A model generated the notes under the pieces. That model did not search any database. It saw only the letters and a list, made by a program, of their open reading frames with translations, and was not told where the DNA came from. Shown one piece after another: positions 52,346 to 64,000 of a stretch of 64,000 nt of DNA. Positions within the stretch are counted from its first letter, which is position 1, and every line of letters starts with the position of its first letter. The position numbers and the translations under genes were made by a program. Origin of the DNA: Eledone cirrhosa (lineage: Eukaryota); assembly GCA_964016885.1 (NCBI GenBank), contig OZ024741.1:275652001-275716000 (forward strand). The letters run 5' to 3'.

Positions 52346-53137
52346 TCATCATCATCATCATCATCATCCTTGTCGTTTCACGTCCATCTTCCACACTAGC
52401 ATGGGTACATTTTTGTATTTGTTTTGCATGCTATTGTTATGTTTAGAAATCGTCAACTTTGTCAGTAAAAGTAAACTTTAACCTACTGACTTCTATTTTA
52501 TTATTATATAACAATATATATATATATACATATTATATATGTAGATAAATCTACCAAAAGTTTACGGTAGTGTCCAATCCGTATGAAGAACTCAATGTAA
52601 TCCGGATATCATGAAAAGAGAAGATGCATTCAAAAACTACTTTCGGTGAAAAATAAACGGAAAACAGAGTCAAGATAAATTAATAAAATAATGAATAAAC
52701 AAAGAAACAGTTCCTTATATTAAAAAAATTCATAATTTTACGATCGTTTCTAGGATATATATGTGTTAGAGTTGGTATGCATATTCTATAGATCTATGTA
52801 CAATATTTATACAAACTATCAGAGGGAATATACATACCTACACATATATATGCTGTCTTCATAAGGAACTGTTTCTTTGTTTATTCATTATTTTATTAAT
52901 TTACATATTATATATATGTATCATTATTATCATCATCATCAATTGGTGGATTGGCAGTATCGGTAGAGAGTCGGACGCCATGCTTTGACGCATAGAGTTA
53001 CGGCCCTTGCCATTCTGAATTCAAATCCCGCCGAGGTTAACTTTGCCTTTCATCCTTACGGGGTTGATAAAATAAAGTACCAGTAATACACTGGAATAAT
53101 TGCTGGCCTTGTGCCAAAAAGTAGAAATAATTATTAT

Positions 53138-53666
53138 CATCATCATCATCGTTTATCGTCTATCTTCCACGCTAGCATGGGTTAGATGGAAGTTGTCCCA
53201 CTTGAGGCAAGATTGGTCATGTCTCGCTCGTATAGGACTGTCTGGTAGCTTTTCTACAGCTGGATGCCCTTCCTAACACCAACCACATTTACAGTGTGGA
53301 CTGGGAGCTTTTTACTGTTACCTACACGGCCACATTACAGCATGGACTGCGTGGGTTTTTTTTCCCCTCCCTTTTCTTTTTTTTCCCTATCTCCTTTTTT
53401 TCCTTTCCTCTTTCTTTTCTTTTTTTTTTGTCGTGACACCTACACGACCACTTTACAGCGTGGTCTGTGTGTTTTTTTTGTCATGACACCTACACGATCT
53501 CATTAGTTTGGACTGGATGTTGTGGTAGCAACATAACTTTATAGGGAAAGGGTGGTGTTGGTGGGAGTGGAAAGGTGGAGTACGCGTAGTGGGTTCGGAT
53601 GTATGTTTGGTTTGGAGGGGCCTACTGACTGTAGGTTAACTTTGCATGTAGGGAATGTGGGTCTTC

Positions 53667-53668
<2 letters not shown>
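53138..53668 (-). mobile_element. RTE 3' UTR
   Basis: matches the RTE tail family. Confidence 0.75.
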
Positions 53669-53713
<45 letters not shown>

Positions 53714-54783
53714 ATGTGTGTGTACATATATATATATATATATATATACACACAAATATATATATTTAATATTACAAAAAACAGACACACACACATATAT
53801 ATATATAATATGTACATATATGTATATACATATATATGTACTTGTGTATATATATATATAATTGTTTCTATTTTTGGGACAATTATTCCAGTGTATTACT
53901 GGTACTTTATTTTATCGACCCCGTAAGGATGAAAGGCAAAGTTAACCTCGGCGGGATTTGAACTCAGACCATAAAGGGCCGTAACACTTTGCTTGCAAAG
54001 CATGGCGTCCGACCCTCTACTGATACTGCCAATCCAGCCGAATTACCTGTGCCTTGCTGCATTTCACACATTTTTTTGTAAGAAAATGATGATTGATTTT
54101 AAATCAGTGATATAATTTATGGAGAAAACATAAAGGGAAAATGTTAAAAAAGTAGAGGCATTAACTAATAATTTTTGTTGTCATAATTTTAGTGATGTTT
54201 TGCCATAGATAAAATGTCTAAATAAGCCAAATTTTACTATAAAAGAGAGGTGCTCTTTTTGTTGAGGTACGTTTAATTAATAGAAAACCCCCCTGATAAT
54301 AGAGGTTCCAAAACTCAAGTTATGGGCTTCCAAAATGTTCACTATAGGGGGGGGGGGGGGTAACCCCCATTAGGGTGTCTTAATATTATTGAAATTTGTT
54401 GAAATTTTGTGAATAGGCATCATATCTTGTCATTTACCTATGATTTAAATTTCATATAAATTGAAGGAAAAAATTTTCAGTGGGGGGTTTGTTCCTCCGG
54501 GGAACCCTTCGATTAAAATGAAATATACTTATCCAAGTACCCTGGGCAATGTAGTTTCAGAATATATATGGTTAGGGGGGGGGGGGGGGGTTATCTCCAA
54601 AACCATAGGAGGAGTTCATGAACAAACAAACAAACTTTTCTAAAAAATAAATCATACACAAAACGCCAGCACCAACCGTTTTGCAAAAGATGTCAACATG
54701 AATGGACCTGTTATTTTTATCTAAAGACATTTTTTCTAATTCCAACTCGCCTGTCCCCTCAATCTATCTTATTTCTCATTCTT

Positions 54784-54819
54784 TCTACTGATGAAGGACT
54801 AGCGTCCGAAACGTTAAGA
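54784..54819 (+). ncRNA. minimal hammerhead, paralogue of 52179
   Basis: TCTA-CTGATGA-A-GGAC-TAGC-GTCC-GAAA-CG-TT-AAGA; first stem I pair mismatched. Confidence 0.65.
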
Positions 54820-55859
54820 CCCTCTTCCTGCTATATCAAGCATTAACCTAATATATCTCTTCCATATACTGTACCGATTGTGTTGTTATTTCTGTTTACC
54901 TTTTACATACATATATATATATATACATACATATATATATGTATATGCACATGTACATGTGTACATATGTATATACACATGTACACTATATATATGTATA
55001 TACATGTACACTATATATATATGTATTTATATGTGTGTGTGTATATATATCTGTATTAATTTCAAGTCAATGTTCTGATGAGTCTACTATGTCAGTTGTA
55101 TGTTGTCAAGTATCAGTTGTCAGCTATCTTTGTTGTAGTCATGGTGACAGTAGTGAAGCTAGTTTCCACATTCACACTATCCAGCTCCTCCCCCTCTCCC
55201 TCTCTTGTCACCTGGTTATTGATGATAAGTATTTACGATAACAGTTTCATTTGGATTTGTTTTTTATATATATTGTTTCTCATATACCTTACTCATGTGA
55301 GTGCAGTATATATTTATAGATCCACTGTGATTGATTTTTTTTCTTCTTCTGTGTAGTTACAGTAATGAACTGGATGGCTAAAGACTGTTTTTAATTTAAA
55401 AAGGGTTGATGTCTGTTATATCACCACAGACATGTCAACTCTACCTGTCCGACGAGGGGATCTCCCACCCACTTTGGGGTGAGTGAGAGATGTCTTCTCT
55501 TGTGAAAATGGATATAGCTTTCATTATGTAAAATCTCCTCATTTTGGGGCACCTTTTTTCATGGTACTCCCTGTTTGAGTTTTTAGAGGTTGGCAGGTCT
55601 GGGGTTGATGTCTGTGGCATCACCAGTAAACATGTTCAGCTATGCTAGTCTGGATTGGGTTACATCCCTTAGTAAGGCATTTATATTTTCCAATCCTTTC
55701 ACTCTAATCTTTCTTGGTCTCTAGATTGCTGTTTTCCTGAGAAAAATTGGGAGAAATGTATCGTGTCTGAGGAAGGAGCTCTTCCCCCAGGCCCCATTAG
55801 ATGGAGTGGTTGATGCAGCAGATATTGCTGGCTGTTCTGTGTGGCAATCCCTTCGCAGT

Positions 55860-57003
55860 TTTGTCTGCAGGTCACAGCTGTGTTATATTGCCTAAACTAG
55901 GGTGTAGAGTTGGTAGTGGCTGCTGTAGTTGGTGTTGCTGGCCGTTTGCAGATCACAGCTGTGATAAACTGCTTATACTGGGGTGTAGTATTGGTACTGT
56001 GAGGTGGGAGTGGCTGGCTGTTGTCTGCAGGTCGCAGCTGAGATATACTGCCTAGACTGCTGTGTAGGGTTGGTACTGTGAGGTGGGAGTGGCTGGCCAT
56101 TGTCTGCAGATCACAGCTGTGATGAACTGCTTAGACTAGGGTGCAGTGTTGGTACTGTGAGGTGGCAGTGGCTGGCCATTGTCTGCAGATCACAGCTGTG
56201 ATATACTGCCTAGACTGCTGTGTAGGGTTGGTACTGTGAGGTGGCAGTGGCTGGCCGTTGTCTGCAGATCACAGCTGTGATATACTGCCTAGACTGCTGT
56301 GTAGGGTTGGTACTGTGAGGTGGCAGTGGCTGGCCGTTGTCTGCAGATCACAGCTGTGATATACTGCCTAGACTGCTGTGTAGGGTTGGTACTGTGAGGT
56401 GGCAGTGGCTGGCCGTTGTCTGCAGATCACAGCTGAGATATACTGCCTAGACTAGGGTGCAGTGTTGGTACTGTGAGGTGGGAGTGGCTGGCCATTGTCT
56501 GCAGATCACAGCTGTGATATACTGCCTAGACTGCTGTGTAGGGTTGGTACTGTGAGGTGGCAGTGGCTGGCCGTTGTCTGCAGATCACAGCTGTGATATA
56601 CTGCCTAGACTGCTGTGTAGGGTTGGTACTGTGAGGTGGGAGTGGCTGGCCATTGTCTGCAGATCACAGCTGTGATATACTGCCTAGACTGCTGTGTAGG
56701 GTTGGTACTGTGAGGTGGGAGTGGCTGGCCATTGTCTGCAGATCACAGCTGTGATATACTGCCTAGACTAGGGTGCAGTGTTGGTACTGTGAGGTGGCAG
56801 TGGCTGGCCATTGTCTGCAGATCACAGCTGTGATATACTGCCTAGACTGCTGTGTAGGGTTGGTACTGTGAGGTGGGAGTGGCTGGCCATTGTCTGCAGA
56901 TCACAGCTGTGATATACTGCCTAGACTAGGGTGCAGGGTTGATACTGTGAGGTGTGAGTGGCTGATATTGTGGGTATTGCTGGCTGTTGTTTGCAGATCA
57001 CAG
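55860..57003. repeat. 79-bp minisatellite, ~14 units
   Basis: period 79 (e.g. 56221 and 56300); two unit variants (CTGCTGTGTAGGG / CTAGGGTGCAGTG). Confidence 0.93.
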
Positions 57004-57813
57004 CACACAATATCGAATCTACAAGATTTTGATATTACATATTTTGAGAACAATACCTTAACATAAGTTTGAGTAGCCAGTTACAGCCAGTTTGAACAGA
57101 AAGATATGAGAGAATTCTGGCCAGAAACAGCCGGTTTAAATGTTAAAGGGTTAAAGCAAAGCTGACTTAGGGCTATATATTTTATTGACATTAAAACAAA
57201 GTACCAGTCAAGTACTGGGGTCAATTCTTCCTCTCTCTCTTTTTCTCTGGAAGAAATCTGCTGTGTTCCAGCTTGGAGAGGAATGGGCTCTGCCAGGTTT
57301 AAAAATGCTCAAGGCATGCGCCATATCAGGACGTTACCCATATGACACCCTCAATAGTTAAGGGCTTTTTAGCTTTTTTTGTTTTAATATAGAATTGACA
57401 ACCCGTCTAACCCATGTAAGTATGGAAAACTTGATGTTAAACAATGATGATGATGATGGTACACAATTACACAATAATGATAATGATGATGATGATGATG
57501 ATAGGAATACTCAATTACACAATGATGATCATAGAAATGCTGTATTATACACGGTGGTGGTGATGATGATGATGATAGAAGTGCCCAAATACACAATGAT
57601 GATGATGATGATGATAGAAGTGTCCAGTCACACATAATGAAAGTGCAGAATAGATCAAAACAAAGAGAAGTGAGCAACAGAGAGAAATAAAAATCCATCT
57701 CTATAACAAAAACAATGGCAACAACATTTATAAAAAAATATAAAACTTTATTTATTCCTATACATACATAACCCATGATAGCATGGTAAAATGGACATTA
57801 AACGGTGATGATG

Positions 57814-57891
<78 letters not shown>

Positions 57892-58358
57892 CTATATTTA
57901 ATGATGTCTCTGTGATAAACAGGCGAAACTCCAGAATAACAAGAGTCACTATTTAGCCTTAATAAATTGAATATATATATATATATATATATGTGAAGTA
58001 ATTCCGTCGGAAAAGTCCAGGAAAAAAGAGTGCTCTATGTAGGTAACAGAGCTTAATAGTTATATATATATATATCATATATTGAGTTAGAAACTCAAAA
58101 TAGTCTTTTACAATTAAATAGCTCAAAGAAGGGAATCTTTCCGAGCCGTGTAATATAATTGAATATATGAGAGGGATGAACACAGATACAATTGCAAATG
58201 ACCAAGTTAGCTAGGTTTCAACCTAGCTAACTTGGTCATTTGCAATTGGAACACATGTATACTTGTATCTGTGTTTATCCCTCTCATATATTCAATTGTA
58301 TATATATATCAATGATATTAATAATGGAAACTATATTTATAAAACCATATTTATTCTA

Positions 58359-58408
58359 TTATATATATTTTAAGGGTACCAAAACTTTGGTATGCTCTCA
58401 TCAGATAA
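58359..58408 (-). ncRNA. degenerate hammerhead, extra-U family
   Basis: TTA-T-CTGATGA-GAGCATACC-AAAGTTTT-GGTACCCTT-AAAA-TATATA-TAA; flanks 58323-58435 are homologous to 2141-2270. Confidence 0.5.
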
Positions 58409-58493
58409 AATACAAAGTTTGTTTTATAAATATTGACATATCCAGGAATGAGACCTTAACGGTTCAAGTTTTACCTGGATATATCCCTTTGCT

Positions 58494-58529
<36 letters not shown>

Positions 58530-59015
58530 TGAGATAGAGAGAGTGAGATAGAGAGAGAGAGAGACGTAAATTCCCGACCATGGCGCCAAACTATTTTGGC
58601 TTGTGTGTTCAGCAAGCCTTTTCAAACCGAAACCACTTGGAGCCACAGTCAGGATTTTACATATCTCTATACCCACTCTGCATCTCTGCATGTATTGAGT
58701 ACTCCCATGATTAGTGGTCTCCTCGGTCTCAGCACTGCAGACTCTCTCTCTCTATATATAGCTATAAAAAAGATAGAAATAGTTCATATAACAAATAAAA
58801 TTAGAAGACATTGTCATGTCCAAATTTTAGAATGAGTTTTACACACAAACATTGGTCAATTGGAGACTATAGTAAGAAATAATTGCTCAAGGTGCCACAC
58901 AATGGTACTGAGTCCCAAACTATGTGGTTGTGAAGCCATGCCTGCATATATCCATGTTCCAGGGTGACAGCAGATCAGTTTCTAGTCAAATTTTTTAGTC
59001 ATATTTACGGGGTTC

Positions 59016-59165
59016 AGGCATGGTTGTGTGCTTAAGAAGTCGGCTTTATTATGTGGCTGTGGGTTCACTCATGTGTGGCACCTTCAGCAAGTGTCTCTTA
59101 CAATAGACTTGAGTTGACCCAATGCTTTGTGAGTGGAATTTGGTAGACAAAATATGCAGAATCCT
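59016..59165 (+). mobile_element. old tRNA-derived SINE (family C)
   Basis: CAGGCATGG...GGGTTCA...GTGGCACCTTCAGCAAGTGTC...GGTAGAC; inverted fragment at 58884-58945. Confidence 0.55.
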
Positions 59166-59603
59166 ATCATATATATCTTGTGGCCCTTTTCACTTGTGAC
59201 TTATGGGTTTGCGTATGGAAGGCTTCTTTCGAAGGCTCAAGCCTGGAAGAGGTGTTTTGTGGAAGAATAGTAGTCAGTAGTCACCCATGTACCCCCGTCT
59301 CTCTTCACCACAACACAGAGTTTGTCCTATACAGCTAGGCACTAGTGACATTGCAACTTATTTCTACCAGTTGAGCAGACTGGAAGAATGTGAAATAAAG
59401 TGTCTTGTTCAAGGACACAATGCACCTCCCAATCTGGGAATTGAATTTATGATCTCACAACCATGAGTCCAACACCGTAACCACTAACACATTCACCTAT
59501 ATATATATTTAATATAGAAAAGGCTTCTATTAAATATTTATACTCTGCTTTGTATTGAGTACCTTACTTACTGTGGTTACCCCCGATTGAACCTGGGATA
59601 TAC

Positions 59604-59638
<35 letters not shown>

Positions 59639-59645
59639 AATAAAT

Positions 59646-62600
59646 ATAAGAGAGTGTTGAAGTTTGCTTGGAGCATTGTGGAATAATAAAAATGGTCGTT
59701 GTGGAAGCCTCAACAATGCAGATGGGTAAATTTCCAGGTAACAGAATCAGGTGGTAATGAGAGAGAAATATAAGAGGAAGCGTAGAAAGAGACATAGAGA
59801 GCATGAAGGAACACAGGAAAAGTGTAAAAAATAATTGTTTCTACTTTTGGCACAAGGCCAGCAATTACCCAGTACATTACTGGTACTTTATTTTATCGAC
59901 CCCGTAAGGATGAAAGGCAAAGTTAACCTCAGCGGGATTTGAACTCAGAATGGCAAGGGCCGTAACTCTATGCGTCAAAGTGTAAAAAATAATAACACAA
60001 AATAGCATTATCTTGGAAGTGATATAATTGTCCCTATATTTTGGATTTTGCATCCATCAACTGGGTGTTTTCCGAGGGGAAAAAGTTACGTTGGAGAGGG
60101 ACAACACGTGGCTTCCGCTGTTTACCATGTACGTACAACTGAACTACTCTATCGGGCATGTGTGTGTGCAGAATAGCTGCAGTCAGACAAAGTTCAAGGC
60201 AGTTCTTCTATACTAGAGTAGTGAAGTGGTGATGTGTCAGTGTGTACACATCTTCACTGTCAGTTCCTTACGTTCAGTCTGTGATAGTGGGGGTCACTGG
60301 CAGGCATGGTGATGGTAGTCTGCCTACCTGTTGTCGGTCAGTCGGTGGGCACGATATACACACAATAACAATCGCTCGATTGTCACTGTGTGTGTGTGTT
60401 GTTGTTCCATTTGTTTACACCAGCCATCTTGTCTCACCTCTTTCAGATCGATTATTTATTTGTGGTCCAAGGCATTTGATCCAGATTGCTTCCTTGATCC
60501 TTAAAGTGCCGATGTTGTGTTCCGTCACTAACACTGTGACAATGGGCCTTCCGTCTTTGTTTCTGCATTTGATTATGTGTTTCCGGAAAGATGAGGCCCT
60601 AGTGTTGATGTGTACCTTGATCCGAACATGTAGTGGCCGGATGGTGCTACCGATGTAGAAGTCGTTACACTTGCAACAGTCGATCTTGTGTACGACATAC
60701 ATGCGTAAGCAACAGTTCGTCTGGCGTATTGGACAGTGGCTGAGGGAACACGCGTCAGCCGATTTGTCAGGTTTCCTGGAGAGGCATCTCCATATGAGAG
60801 GCCCTGAGTGGGCCAAGTGGATGTCGAGACCCTCCCCCCGTATGGCTCTGCGGATAGCGTTGGTGATTTTCTCACCTAGGTGCGGGATCTTGTTTCTCTG
60901 CCTCTTGTGTCTGGTGTCCCTTACTCTGCATGTAAATGATGTTGGGTATCCATTCGTCTCCAGCACCTTGTGGAACCGCTTGGTGTGGGTGACACCACTC
61001 ACGGGATCACTGCATCTATTTTTAATCCGCGTGATCTCGTTCGTGATGTACCCTCTTTTAACACTGATAGGGAGGGCAGATTTGTAGCGGACGAACAAGT
61101 CCCTGCAGGCCCCCTTGGGGTAAAAGTTGGTGTTGATCCCTCCCTATTCCGTGATGTTGATTCGGAAGTCGAGGAAGGCAAGGGATCCGTCGTCGTTGGG
61201 GTGCTCAATACTGAAGTCAATACTCTAGTCCATATTGCTGAATGCTTCGTAAATTTCATTCGCCATCTCCTGGGATGATGTGAGGTTGAGGATGTCATCC
61301 ACGTATCTTGAGAAGAAGGCGACAGCATTGGGGTGACTGGTGTTGAGTGCCTTGCGTTCGGGGCTGTCCATATACAAGATCGCTAGTACACTCGACAGGC
61401 TTGAATCTATGGGTAGCCCTGAGGTCTGCCAGTATGTGTGGTTGAGAAAATTTTGAAATACGTGTTGTCAATGACAACAGATAGGAGCTGGTGGATGTCA
61501 GTCGGGGTGAGCCTGAAGCAGTGTAGTATGTTTGACTGGACACTTCTGTCAGTATGTCGACGGCCGGGAGCGCCAGGACCGAGGTGTACAGAGCGACCAC
61601 ATCAAGGCTGAAAGTATATCTGTTATCCCTTCGGTGTGGCGATCCATATGGTGTAGACGCTCTAGCACTTCCTTGGAACTGTTGACGTGTCCTGGCAGGG
61701 TGTTCAGTAGGGGTTTTAGTATTTTGGCATGGAGCCATGAGATTTTGTAGAACGGCCCTTCCATGCTGGATACAATAGGCCTGATTTTCAGGTCGGATCC
61801 CTGTTTGTGGGTTTACACGAGGTGATAGAAGGCGGGTAGTCTACTGTTCCATGTGAGGAGGTTGTTTTTAAGCTTCTTCGGGAGTTTCCGCCAGTCGCAG
61901 ATGTTGGTCCAGGCAGCGTTCATCTGCTCCTCGATCTGCGTGGGAATGATCCCTATGACATTAGAGTAGAGGCTGTCCTCGTCAAGGTATTGAAGAGCTA
62001 GGGTGTTGTAGGCCTCCCTATTGATGATGCAGAATTCCTTTCCTTTGTAGGAGGGGAGGTAGATGAGGTTCCTTGATTTCAGTTTGGTGAGAGTGGTGAG
62101 TTGTGATTTAGTGAGGTTGTGTGTGTGTTTATGTAGGATGTCAGAGATAGAGTGTTTCAACCTGATGAGTTTAGTGTCGAGTTTGTGGTTGGTGGGTGGG
62201 GGGAAGGGTGGAGCGAGTTGTCAAAGTGGTACGTGGGGAACTTGGAGCAGGTGTGTAGGTGCTGTTATTTTCCGTGGTGGTGTTGATGGCGGTCACCCAT
62301 TTAAGCTGGTAGGCGGTTCGGCAGAAGTTGGTTTCGATGTCAAGTTTCAGTCTGTCGTCGAGCCACTGGGAGACGATGAACTTGGGTCCGAAGCGTAGGA
62401 GTTCCAGCTTGTCGTTTGTGAGGGTACCGGTTAGGTTGGTGACCAGGTGTGTCACATCACTGAGGTGTAGCTCATTGTTGGAGGATGCGGTGGTGGCGGT
62501 TGTTATGTTGCTGTCCATTATGTGGTCCTGGTCGGTCTGTCTTGTTAGTGTCGGTGTTTTCGTTGTGGAGTTTACACAAGGTCCACTCAAATTTCTGCTC

Positions 62601-63018
62601 GAGCAATTTCTTTTCTTGTTGGACTCTGGAGTAGTAACACTGGTGGATTGCTTTTGTGGTTTTAAGGATCAAGTCATCGAGTGTCAGTGTTAAGCGATGT
62701 GTTCGCTCTGAGAGTGTCCGCTTATGGATGTGCAATTGACGGTGGAGATGTCACAGGATCTTCTTGATAGATAGGCGGTGTATGCTGCTAGCGGTGTTTT
62801 CAAAGGCTGGTGTACGTAGGCATCCTGGTAAACGGATGCTCTTGATGGTGGTGGGGATAACATTGTTCTTTAGGCAGCATTTTAGGAAAATAATTTGGCA
62901 GCCACCTTTGGCCCATTTCTCCAACAGTCTGAAAAGTTCCCTTACGGATGCAAACAATTCCTGGCTCAGGTGTAAGGATAAGAGAGTGTTGAAGTTTGCT
63001 TGGAGCATTGTGAAATAA
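59646..63018 (-). mobile_element. near full-length Penelope-like element (RT + GIY-YIG), frameshifted, with terminal direct repeat
   Basis: FSLDVVALYTSV, YVDD and VVHKIDC..C..FYIGSTIRPLHVRI motifs; 62979-63018 (ORF start MLQANFNTLL) repeated at 59646-59685. Confidence 0.92.
59836..59976 (-). mobile_element. 5'-truncated SINE family B inserted in the Penelope pLTR
   Basis: 17-nt target duplication AAAGTGTAAAAAATAAT at 59819-59835 and 59977-59993. Confidence 0.85.
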
Positions 63019-63021
63019 TAT

Positions 63022-63052
<31 letters not shown>

Positions 63053-64000
63053 CGTGCGTGCGTTTATCAGTGATTTAGCAGTTTGATATAAACAGATTGA
63101 TAAAATAACTACCAGACTTGAAAAAATAAGTACTGGGATTGATCAACTAAATCTCTTTAAGTCGATGCCTTAGCATGGTCACAGTCTAAGACTGAAAACA
63201 GTAAAAATAAATATCAAAGAATAAACACCATCTGGGGCCATTAAAGAGAGAAAATATTTCAAAACATTGCTCTGACCTAGGTGTAGAGTCTCTCACCCTC
63301 TCCCCTTTCTTCCTTTGTCTAATATTTCTTGCTCCTCTCCTTTTTCTCTCATTTATGGCATTTATAGTCCTTTCTAATACTGCTTTCTTTTTATGTATGT
63401 TTAACCAAATATTTCAATACTGGACACAGCATTGTCTAATGTTCCTTTGAAAATAGAGTGAAGTGGTTTTTTGAGTTCTAGACTTGGTGGGCTCCGGCGA
63501 ACAGTATCTGAAATGGTTCCCTATCCAGGACTTCAAAACATTACGTTAGTTTTAGACCAGTGTTGAGAAGGGATGAGGAATGGAGCACAAAGTTAGCTAG
63601 CAACCTTACCTCCATTAATCAAAATTGTTACAGGAACAAGCTAATACCTTAGTCTGTGACAAGGCTGGCAACCATGTGAAATGGAGAGCTCTTGTTGCTC
63701 ATTGGTCCATGGAGAGGAGGAGGAGGAAATGAAGAAGAGGAGGAGAACAAGGAGGAAGAGGAAAGAAGGAGATGAAAGGAGGGGAAGGAGAAGAAGATGA
63801 TGAGGAGGAGGAAGAGAAGGAGGAAGTAGAGGAGGAGAAGGCAGAAGATTGAAAATAATGAAGGTCCAAGAAAACTTGGGGATTCAAGCAGACCTTTGCT
63901 GAACAAAAAGGGTTGAGGGTTGAGAGAACTCTCCGGAAGCTAACTATTCTTACCCTTCTTGAGGCAGAGCTCAGCAGAAGTTAGGTGTGATGTTTAATGG

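Noticed and set aside
55357-55478. Plus-strand segment with pyrimidine-tract acceptor and gtgagt donor
   Set aside because: No homology or partner exons; internal duplication nearby suggests repeat origin
63610-63906. Minus-strand ORFs ending near GT donors
   Set aside because: Mostly (GAG/GAA)n low complexity; no recognisable product

Overview
Eukaryotic, extremely repeat-rich intronic/intergenic DNA, most likely from an octopus (inferred from the SINE/RTE repertoire and (TA)n, (GAT)n and (ACC)n density; not provable from this window alone). One host gene is recognisable: seven phase-compatible GT-AG exons on the minus strand (24357 down to 3466) encode the N-terminal half of an HECTD2-like E3 ubiquitin ligase. 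Its first exon was not identified and the HECT domain lies beyond the left edge. The rest is decayed transposons (RTE, L1/Tx1, CR1-like and R4/Dong-like LINEs; two Penelope GIY-YIG elements; tRNA-derived SINEs; a deleted mariner; TTAA MITEs; Helentron-type elements) and micro/minisatellites. Most ORF-track entries are microsatellite artefacts. The unexpected signal is about 16 type I hammerhead-ribozyme motifs from at least six unrelated short (TA)n-flanked element families, most with a self-complementary stem III. One family forms a retrozyme-like array of ~430-535 nt monomers in HECTD2 intron 16737-20481. It shows compensatory stem changes, and its inverted-repeat junctions fall exactly at, or 3 nt after, the predicted cleavage site. 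All coordinates were read by eye and may be off by a few bases.
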